From: Bacteriovoracia bacterium
GTDB taxonomy: Bacteria > Bdellovibrionota > UBA1018 > JBFWNL01
Assembly: GCA_050251055.1 (NCBI GenBank)
Contig: JBFWNL010000012.1
Coordinates: forward strand, 19,805-83,804
Reading direction: 5' to 3'
Length of the DNA: 64,000 nucleotides
Numbering within the stretch: the stretch's first letter is position 1; each line of letters begins with the position of its first letter. Of the stretch, positions 1-7,935 are shown piece after piece. The notes beneath the pieces are model-generated. The model did no database searches. It had not been told where the DNA came from and saw nothing but the letters and a program-made list of their open reading frames with translations. Position numbers and translations under genes: made by a program.

Positions 1-11
1 CGATTCCTCTG

Positions 12-39
12 TCATTATTTTAACTGACTTCGCCGATAA
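12..39 (+). promoter_or_regulatory. Putative sigma-28 (FliA) promoter upstream of the lipoprotein cluster
   Basis: Perfect FliA -10 element GCCGATAA at 32-39; only a weak -35 (TCAT at 12-15, 16-nt spacer). Confidence 0.3.
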
Positions 40-221
40 GACTTCTGAATGAGAGGGTTTTGTCCGTGAAGCTGACTTCAAAAATCACGCACGCGTTAGA
101 CAACGCACGAACGCGCGGCGACCAGCATCTAGCCACCCCGATTCTTCAGAATCGGCGTATGGAAGTTGCAACTCGCTATGATGTTGGTCCGCGGTACGTA
201 CGTTTCGGGAGTAAGGCATTC

Positions 222-1274
222 ATGCAAAAGAGTTTGTTCCGTTCTCGGGGAAAAAAGATCCGATCTACTCACGCGTATGCGCACGCGTGCGCGCTGGCCG
301 TGCTGGGACTGCTGGGCAGCGGGTGCTTGACGCCAGGACAAGACGCCATCAAGCGCGCGGCGAGCAATCCCCAGAGCGCGACCGTAGCGCCGGCGATTCC
401 CGAAGGCGCGAAGGCCGTCAAGATCATCTTCCGGCAGGCCTCGCCCACCGGAAGCTTCAACGCGCCGATCACGGGCGGCACGGTCAACGCGGTGGGATCC
501 GGCCTACCGGCGGTGCGTGTGTTCAACGCGAATGGTACCCTTCTCTCCGACGACTCCAACGCCACGACGTGGCCGAAGTGGTTAGGTCGCGTCGAGATCG
601 GCATCAGCGGCAACAACAACCTTGCCGCGACGAATCCCGACTGCGTGCGCTTCGCTTCCACGCTCGATGAAATCGCAGTTTGTGACTTCGACCAAAACGC
701 CGGCACGGCCGGCAAGCTCTGTGGCGCTTCCGCCGGTCTCCTGCGTGTCAGCGAAGTGAACTGCGTGGCGCCCGGCAGCAGCATTACCAACGGCATCGGC
801 GGCCCTTCCGATGGCGTTTACATTCGCGCCGAATTCAACCGCAACGCGAAGTATCTGGGCGAGCAGGAAAACATCTTGGCCGTGTTGGAATACTCCTCGT
901 CGGTGCTCCATCCCGCGCCGTCCGATCCCACGAAGTGCTTCACGAACGGTGTATTCGACCCTACCAACCCGCTTTGCTCGGACATGAGCTGGCAAATATT
1001 CATGAAACACACCGCCGCCGAAATCGTGCAGCCCTTCCTGCTGCTCGTGCCGCCGGCCTTCCATTCGGTCGACACCGCGAACAATCGCGCGGGCGCCGGG
1101 GTGGGCACCAAGCAATTTATCATTCCGCTCGCGTCCGACGCCGGACTGCAAGTCATGCAGATCAGCCGTATCCGGGCCATGGCTTCGACGGCCGAGCTGA
1201 CCACGGTTTGTTCCGATAATTCCGCATTTTGCATGGGGATGGTTTTTCATTCGCTGACTTTTTTTAGAATATGA
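222..1274 (+). CDS. Cys-rich lipoprotein of unknown function (cluster gene A)
   Basis: ORF 60..1274; preferred ATG at 222 after GGGAG gives a basic N-region, hydrophobic stretch and lipobox LGSG-C; many Cys; stop overlaps next start. Confidence 0.8.
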   Translation: MQKSLFRSRGKKIRSTHAYAHACALAVLGLLGSGCLTPGQDAIKRAASNPQSATVAPAIPEGAKAVKIIFRQASPTGSFNAPITGGTVNAVGSGLPAVRVFNANGTLLSDDSNATTWPKWLGRVEIGISGNNNLAATNPDCVRFASTLDEIAVCDFDQNAGTAGKLCGASAGLLRVSEVNCVAPGSSITNGIGGPSDGVYIRAEFNRNAKYLGEQENILAVLEYSSSVLHPAPSDPTKCFTNGVFDPTNPLCSDMSWQIFMKHTAAEIVQPFLLLVPPAFHSVDTANNRAGAGVGTKQFIIPLASDAGLQVMQISRIRAMASTAELTTVCSDNSAFCMGMVFHSLTFFRI

Positions 1275-4200
1275 GATTTACGGTTAGGGCGGCCGCCGGG
1301 GCGGCCATTTTTTTCCTATCTGCTTGCGCCGGGGACGTGATGAACCGGGGCTCGCAGGCGAAGTCCAAGCAAGGCCTCCAGGCCGAGCTCGCCGACTCGC
1401 TTACCGCGGTGCGCATCCGCCTGCACCAGTCCGACTTTTATTCCCTGACCGATCCGAATATCTACAGCTGCGCCGGCGACGCCAAAACCTTTTACGATCC
1501 GTTGCGCCTAAACGACCGGCAGATGCCGCTGCCCTTCGAGGAAAGTCTTTCGCTCGCGGGCGAAACCCTTCGTCCATCTTTCATCAAGAACGTCAGCGTT
1601 GATCTCACCGACGCCAATGCGCCTATCTCCACTAACCGCGCCTACGCGTGCTCCTTTGGCAATGCCCAAGGGGTTCCGCCCAACAGCAACTGCGCGGGCT
1701 TTGACTACGGCGCGGTAACGGGGGCAAGCGCGAACCTGGGCGGCAGCATCGTGCTCCTAGGGGGGCTCCAAAGCCCCAACTACGGGAATCTTCCCGACGG
1801 ACCGGCGCCCACCCTCAGCTGCGGAGCCATGATCCCGCCCAACCAGATCAACGGCAACCCCAACCAGCCCGGCGTAAACACCTGCTCGATGGAAATGTAC
1901 GCGCTTGGCGTAGAAACGATGCCCGCCTCGATCGCCACCGATCCGCCCAACGGCCTAGCGCCGGGGTTGACCAGCGCAAACGAGCCCATCTCCACCTGGG
2001 TACGGCTCTCGGCGCCCGAAGAATACATGGGACCCGCTGGCGCACTGGGGTCCGCGGCGAGCTTCAACGCCGGCACCAAGCAGCTTCTACTCTATGGGGG
2101 CTCAGCCCCGCTTACCTACGCGGGCGCGGCCGGCGCGGGCGCCGACCACGGCGATACCTGGATTTATGATCTAGCCAACTTACGTTGGGAAAAGCAGTCC
2201 GGCCCGGTGACGATTCCGGCGGACATCCAAAACGCGCGCGACTGCTCGGCGGGTTCGTGCGTGGACGTCGACAAAGGGCTAACCGCGCGTTCCCTCTTCG
2301 GCTACGCCGCCGTCGCGGGTATCGCGCTGAGCAAGCTTGATCCCACCGGCCCGATCGAAGCGCCCGGATTCCCCTTGCCCGCCGCCAATTTCGACACCAC
2401 CGACCGCGTCGTGGTGGCCGGCGGTTTCCTGGGGGTGGATGGAAACGGACAGAGCATTTTTATTCGCTCGACTCGAAGGTGGAACCCCACGTTCGGTCCC
2501 GAATATATTGATTTCGGCGGTGATCCCGCGCGCGTGAACGACGACATCACCCAGGGAATCGACAGCCACTTCTCCCAAGTGATCTCGACGGTGCATCCCA
2601 CGCTCGGCGGCCTGCTTCCCCAGACGGTTGGCCAAGGCGGACAGCTTGCCAATTTCGCCACGGCATTCGTGCGCAATTACAACGCAAACGCGGGTTACCC
2701 GCTTCTCTTCGGCGGATACGACGGGTCCGTGCCCTACACGGCGACGAAGCTGGCGACCGACCCCACCTGTGCGAACGGCGGAGCCGGCTGTATAAATGAT
2801 GGCAAAGCGATCTTCATGCGGCGGAATGGCGTGCTGGAGACGATGCTACACAACGTGGCCACGCTGGCGCTCTATCCGTTCCGGAATGATTTACGCACCG
2901 GCACTCCACCGCAAGGCTGGAACTACGGGGACCGCGTGAAGCCGATCGCGTGGCGCGCGGAACCCCTTGATCCGATCCCGGTCACCGTGCCTCCGCTTCC
3001 CGATCGTGGCGGGCTGGATCGCGTCGCGGCGGTCGTGGGTGGGGTGGCTACCCCGGGCCTAAGCTTGGCGCAAAACGATGTCGTTTACTTCGGCGGCGTG
3101 AACTGCGCCTCTTACTTGATCCAAAGCACGAACTGCCCAGGAAGCGCCGTGGCGCCGATTTGGAATAACGCTAACTTCTACTGGCGCTTGGGCGGAGGCA
3201 CCTATTTTGAAACCTATCCAAACCCGCCCGCCCTGTCGGGCGCGAACGTTCAGGGAATGGCGCCGCAGAACCATGCCGGGATGGCCGCCGCGCGCGGGCT
3301 GGATGCGGCCGGAAACCCCATCGTCGTTGCCTGGGGCGGTATCAACGGCGCCCTAGGATCGGCCACCGATCCGGCCGTCTACCTCCTTTATAATGCCGGA
3401 CCGGATCTGAATGCCGGCATCATTCCGACTTGGACCGCGAAAACGCCGGCGAATCCGCGCCCCACTCCCGCCATTAATGCGCAGATCGTATTCAGCCACG
3501 TCACCAAGAAATTCTATCTCTTCGGCGGTTACGAAACTACGCCCGTGCAACGCAACAGTGCGGACACCTGGGAGCTCAGCGTGAACGGAAGCTGCGCCAC
3601 GGGCGCCTGTACCTTCAGCTGGCGTAAGCTAAACGTACCGGGCGGTCTCACCTGCGGCGCCGGCTGCGTGATGGCGGGTCCCGGTCCGCTGGCCCGCCGC
3701 TCCCACCGCATGGTGGAAGTGAACTACAATAACTACGACTCTCGCCTGGAATATCGCGGTGGGACCGAAAATACCTGCACCGCCACGGGCGGGGCCTCGC
3801 CGCGTGGGCCGTGCTCTTTCGGCATCTTCATGGAAGGCGGTTCGGTCGATGGATTCTCGTCCATCGGCGATCGCTGGATGTTCGATCCTACCGCCAACGG
3901 CGGGCGCGGACACTGGCAGCTCATGAACAGCATGCCGCCCCGGCACGCTTCGGCCACCGCGTCGATCGACTACTACCTGCCCGACCAAGACGAGGTGGCT
4001 CACCGTACCGTCATGTTCGGGGGAGAAACCGGACTGCATAGCCCCGGCCAGGTGGCGATGGGAAGCACCTTCGTGCCGCCTACGCTAGGCGACACTTTGA
4101 TGTACAACCACACCACGGAATCCTGGACGCGCGTGCGCCTACTGGGGGAAGGCATCCAAGGTTACAACCAGCCCCGTGCGCTCAGCGACAATCGCACTGA

Positions 4201-5770
4201 AGATCGCCGACGAGTCTCGTTCCGGGCCGACGCCGCGGACACCAACATGGTTTTGCTGGGTGAGCTCACGCCTCCCCCCTTGGCCGGACATACCATGGTG
4301 ACGCGTACCTTTCCGGGCCCGACCTCCGGCGGCGCCACGGCCGTGGCGCCTTTGCGCATTCCCGAAGTTTATCTCTTTGGTGGACGCAAGAAAGACGGGA
4401 CTTATCTGGGACTCGATCACGTCTATAAATTTTGCGCCGGGTCCACCGGCGAGGACTACGCCACCTCCTATACTACGCCAGAGATCACCTATGGCGACGG
4501 TAGCTGCGACGCGTACGACGAAACCAAGAACCCAGGTTCGTTTAGCCCGGTTCCGGAAGCCGTCGGACGCTGGCTGCGTCGGCGGCCCTCTTCCATTGCG
4601 GGCGTCCCGAGCTATCGCGCTTACTACTTCGATAGTATTTCCCAAAGCTATCAGGTAACCGGCGACCTTCCGCTGGCGGGCTTAGCGAGCTATCTGGGAG
4701 CGTCGACCTACGACTCCTCGCACGACCGAACGCTTCTCTTCGGGGGGCTGATGCCCGCGCCGGGACGCACCCACGTGACCGAAGCACGCTCGATCCTGAG
4801 CGCCGACGGAATCAACACGTATATTTTCGAGTACGTCGCGCCCACGCGCTCACTCACTGCGATCTCGGCCCGTATGGCCGACGCGAGCGTGACCGATCCG
4901 AACGGCTACATCCGCCGGCTGCACGGACACTGGGAAGCGCTGGGACAATGCGCGGGCAGTCCCCAGCCCACCCCCCGTTACGGCCACCAAATGGGCTACG
5001 ATCAGTTGCACAAACAAGTCGTCGTGATCGGCGGATACAACCTCGTGGGCAGCTCGCTTACGCAAGATTGGATCGACGACGGCGTACCCACGTCCACCCA
5101 AGTTCCGGAGATCTGGACCGCTAAACGCGACGACTTGAACAAGTGCTACACATGGAAAAAGCTGCAGACTTTCGGCAATGTGCTCGGTGGCCAGGCCGCG
5201 CCGGTGCCCGTGGGCGGGCTCGCGCACCCGGCTTCGTTCTTTATTCAGGGCACGAGCTATACCACCGGATTTTATACGATGAACGATCAGGCCTGCATCG
5301 GCGCCGGCCCGCAGGCTTCGGGTGATCCCGATGTGAACCGCCTGCTTGCAGGCGGGGTTTACATAGATATCGACCGGCAAAAGCTCGGCAAGGCGGAAAA
5401 CCTCCTGCTGAACCTCACGTTTTACCCTTTCTCGGATCGCAACCAAGCGCCCAGCGGACGGCTCTACGACCCGGGCGAGTCGGCTTACTTCCGCGTTCAT
5501 CTGCAGAGCACGGGGCTCGCTTCGGCATTCATTCAGCAGGTTTTCCAACCGCGCTATTTGAGCTTCACCGACGACGAGGTCTACCCCCGTACCGTGCAAA
5601 CGCTCTCGGTGGTGGCGCCGCCGACGGGATCCATCCGCCAAGAACAGATCGTGCTGCCAATCTCGGCCGATGCATCTATCGACCGCATCCGCATCGAGCG
5701 CTACTCCGGTTCGGCGATCTTGATCGACGCTTCGGTCTACCGACTGGGACAAAAGGGAGGTGAAAAGTGA
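1271..5770 (+). CDS. 1499-aa kelch-repeat (beta-propeller) lipoprotein (cluster gene B)
   Basis: Lipobox FLSA-C at residue 19; 12 hydrophobic-GG kelch motifs (IVLLGG, LLLYGG, VVVAGG, PLLFGG, VVYFGG, VVAWGG, FYLFGG, IFMEGG, TVMFGG, VYLFGG, TLLFGG, VVVIGG) with DTW..D...W-type motifs. Confidence 0.85.
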   Translation: MRFTVRAAAGAAIFFLSACAGDVMNRGSQAKSKQGLQAELADSLTAVRIRLHQSDFYSLTDPNIYSCAGDAKTFYDPLRLNDRQMPLPFEESLSLAGETLRPSFIKNVSVDLTDANAPISTNRAYACSFGNAQGVPPNSNCAGFDYGAVTGASANLGGSIVLLGGLQSPNYGNLPDGPAPTLSCGAMIPPNQINGNPNQPGVNTCSMEMYALGVETMPASIATDPPNGLAPGLTSANEPISTWVRLSAPEEYMGPAGALGSAASFNAGTKQLLLYGGSAPLTYAGAAGAGADHGDTWIYDLANLRWEKQSGPVTIPADIQNARDCSAGSCVDVDKGLTARSLFGYAAVAGIALSKLDPTGPIEAPGFPLPAANFDTTDRVVVAGGFLGVDGNGQSIFIRSTRRWNPTFGPEYIDFGGDPARVNDDITQGIDSHFSQVISTVHPTLGGLLPQTVGQGGQLANFATAFVRNYNANAGYPLLFGGYDGSVPYTATKLATDPTCANGGAGCINDGKAIFMRRNGVLETMLHNVATLALYPFRNDLRTGTPPQGWNYGDRVKPIAWRAEPLDPIPVTVPPLPDRGGLDRVAAVVGGVATPGLSLAQNDVVYFGGVNCASYLIQSTNCPGSAVAPIWNNANFYWRLGGGTYFETYPNPPALSGANVQGMAPQNHAGMAAARGLDAAGNPIVVAWGGINGALGSATDPAVYLLYNAGPDLNAGIIPTWTAKTPANPRPTPAINAQIVFSHVTKKFYLFGGYETTPVQRNSADTWELSVNGSCATGACTFSWRKLNVPGGLTCGAGCVMAGPGPLARRSHRMVEVNYNNYDSRLEYRGGTENTCTATGGASPRGPCSFGIFMEGGSVDGFSSIGDRWMFDPTANGGRGHWQLMNSMPPRHASATASIDYYLPDQDEVAHRTVMFGGETGLHSPGQVAMGSTFVPPTLGDTLMYNHTTESWTRVRLLGEGIQGYNQPRALSDNRTEDRRRVSFRADAADTNMVLLGELTPPPLAGHTMVTRTFPGPTSGGATAVAPLRIPEVYLFGGRKKDGTYLGLDHVYKFCAGSTGEDYATSYTTPEITYGDGSCDAYDETKNPGSFSPVPEAVGRWLRRRPSSIAGVPSYRAYYFDSISQSYQVTGDLPLAGLASYLGASTYDSSHDRTLLFGGLMPAPGRTHVTEARSILSADGINTYIFEYVAPTRSLTAISARMADASVTDPNGYIRRLHGHWEALGQCAGSPQPTPRYGHQMGYDQLHKQVVVIGGYNLVGSSLTQDWIDDGVPTSTQVPEIWTAKRDDLNKCYTWKKLQTFGNVLGGQAAPVPVGGLAHPASFFIQGTSYTTGFYTMNDQACIGAGPQASGDPDVNRLLAGGVYIDIDRQKLGKAENLLLNLTFYPFSDRNQAPSGRLYDPGESAYFRVHLQSTGLASAFIQQVFQPRYLSFTDDEVYPRTVQTLSVVAPPTGSIRQEQIVLPISADASIDRIRIERYSGSAILIDASVYRLGQKGGEK

Positions 5771-5949
5771 CACACCTCCGGCGTCCAAGCTCTAAACAGC
5801 GCCTAAACGCTAGACGGATTTCGACGGGTGCGGAGCCCCCCCGAATTTCGCTACCGCCGCGGATTCATGGGCTATTAACCGGAGCTGCGCGGATATTGCA
5901 TCCCTTAGGGTTATCGTTAGCATTTCACGGGGATATTAAATCGAACGTT

Positions 5950-7914
5950 ATGCCGAACTCTCGTTTCGCGCCGAAAACCACGCTCTCGTCCGCGATTTTC
6001 TTCGCGTGCATCGCTGCGCTCGGCGTGGGCGCCCCCGGCTGCACCAATAACCGCATCATCGGCAAGGTGAAGCTCAACGGTAACTACTCCAACAATTTCT
6101 CGGATCCGGGAAATGAAGCCACGGGCCCCGTTTCCATCTCGCGCGTGCTGAAGTCCAACTTCAGCCCCAGCACGGAGCTGGATGTCGTAGGCATCGGTGA
6201 CGGCGCCATGGGCATGCATTGCCTGGGCGGCAGCGGCGCTTTTCAGGGCGCCGGCGAAGGCGCGAGTTCCTGTGCTTGCCACTACGAATATCAAAATCCT
6301 GCTACGGGCTTGACCGAAAGCGTGGACGTCCCCACGTCTTACTACGAAGCCAATCTCATTCGCTGCCCATACGACGTACTCACCACTGGCGTAAATAACA
6401 TTAAAGTACGCGTGCACCTCGCGAGCGGATCTTACTCAAACCCCATCACCTTCGCGTTCGAAGGCGTCGGTACGTCTCTTGATCTTAGTCTCGCTTCGAG
6501 CTACGGCGAAGTGAAGCGCTTCCAATGCCGTGATCATGTAACCATCGATTTCATGTGGCCGCAAAGCACGACCGGGGGGACCCCTTCGGCGGCTAGTGAT
6601 GCCACCGGCGATAACGCGCTATACGACCCGTTTCAATCCGATACCACGCGTGTGAGCTACGCGCGTAACTACTACGCTATCGATAAAGGCTCGGCCATCA
6701 AGGCGTTCGGACTTGCCGGCGCCACGCGCGATTATATCGGGGCGCACGACTGTTCCTACGATAGCGGCCAAAACCCGCAAGCGTGGGAAAGTCTCAATAT
6801 TTACTCGCGCGAGCCGGACTCGACGGGCAGCCGGCTCATCTTCCCGGCTTCCGGCGGTGCCTTCGATCGCTCTACTTTCCACCTCGCGCGCAAGAAGAGC
6901 GGTATCTTTAACGTGCCGGTCAATGGCTTCATCGCCCCGGGCACCGTCACGGCCTCGCCCGATGCCTTCGGCAACCAACCCGCTGGCTTTGAACCGCCGA
7001 TCGGTTGGGGCGTGCGCCCGGGCGCCAATCAGTCTTGCCCCGCCGCCAACGTCGCCATCCCGGAAGGTTACCACTGGGTGAAAGTCTGGGCGTTTCGCGC
7101 GGGCCTTTACTCGCGCACGTACGTTCGCGGCTCACAATCGGTCAGCTCGACCTTCGGCATCTTTTGCAACCCGGGACTGTTTGATACGCCGCCGGCGCAA
7201 CCGAACGGAGTGTTTCAGCCGTTTCCCGATTGCGCCAATCCGAACGGCCCTAACCCACAAACTCAAACCACCCAATTTCCGCTGACGGATACCTTCGGCG
7301 CGGGCAACCTGGCCGCCCGCGCGTTTTTGAACGGCGGCAAGCAAGCGTGCTTCCGTACCGTGGCGTATGACAATCAAGCGAGCGTGCGCGGCGGCGGCAA
7401 CCTTGATTTCGCAAGCCTGCCAAACCCGCCAGTGCCCAATCCAAATCCGAACGGGATCACGGGGGGCGACTCGCTCTACCGTCTGGGATCGAACGTCAAC
7501 TCAAACTTTGTCGACATGGCCTCGCTTCCGTGGAACTTCACCCAAAGCTTCCTCCAAACGGTTCCCGCCGCCGGCCCCGAGGCTATCCAGGCTCCCATCG
7601 ACGACATCAATAAGTTCATCTACGGAAACCTCGACGGCGGCGGCGCCGGCGTTTCCCGCTATGACTTCCTCTTCGTGACCACGCCCACCAACATCACCGT
7701 CGAGATGATGGGGAACGGCGTAAACGGCGATCCGGACGCGCTCCCGTACGTCCCCTTCACCTTCAAGCGGCGGGAAGACTGCAGCGATCCGAATCCAACG
7801 AACTGCTATAATTTTGACGCCCGCAACATCGACTATGAGCTTTACCGCGGGGAAATCCCCAACGACGGAGGCCTGCAGAACACCTTCCCGCTCTGCGCGC
7901 TGCAGCCGGATTAA
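5950..7914 (+). CDS. Cys-rich lipoprotein of unknown function (cluster gene C)
   Basis: ORF 5767..7914; preferred ATG at 5950 gives a signal peptide ending GAPG-C; motifs shared with gene D. Confidence 0.8.
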   Translation: MPNSRFAPKTTLSSAIFFACIAALGVGAPGCTNNRIIGKVKLNGNYSNNFSDPGNEATGPVSISRVLKSNFSPSTELDVVGIGDGAMGMHCLGGSGAFQGAGEGASSCACHYEYQNPATGLTESVDVPTSYYEANLIRCPYDVLTTGVNNIKVRVHLASGSYSNPITFAFEGVGTSLDLSLASSYGEVKRFQCRDHVTIDFMWPQSTTGGTPSAASDATGDNALYDPFQSDTTRVSYARNYYAIDKGSAIKAFGLAGATRDYIGAHDCSYDSGQNPQAWESLNIYSREPDSTGSRLIFPASGGAFDRSTFHLARKKSGIFNVPVNGFIAPGTVTASPDAFGNQPAGFEPPIGWGVRPGANQSCPAANVAIPEGYHWVKVWAFRAGLYSRTYVRGSQSVSSTFGIFCNPGLFDTPPAQPNGVFQPFPDCANPNGPNPQTQTTQFPLTDTFGAGNLAARAFLNGGKQACFRTVAYDNQASVRGGGNLDFASLPNPPVPNPNPNGITGGDSLYRLGSNVNSNFVDMASLPWNFTQSFLQTVPAAGPEAIQAPIDDINKFIYGNLDGGGAGVSRYDFLFVTTPTNITVEMMGNGVNGDPDALPYVPFTFKRREDCSDPNPTNCYNFDARNIDYELYRGEIPNDGGLQNTFPLCALQPD

Positions 7915-7935
7915 TAGGAGACCGATAAGAATCTT

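Noticed and set aside
60-221. Upstream TTG/GTG start for gene A (likewise 5767 for gene C, 32002 for yeaH, 55319 for the deacetylase-like gene)
   Set aside because: Downstream starts give proper signal peptides and/or RBS spacing; the extensions look non-coding
5884-5900. Sigma-54-like TTGCA element upstream of gene C
   Set aside because: Lacks the invariant GG at -24
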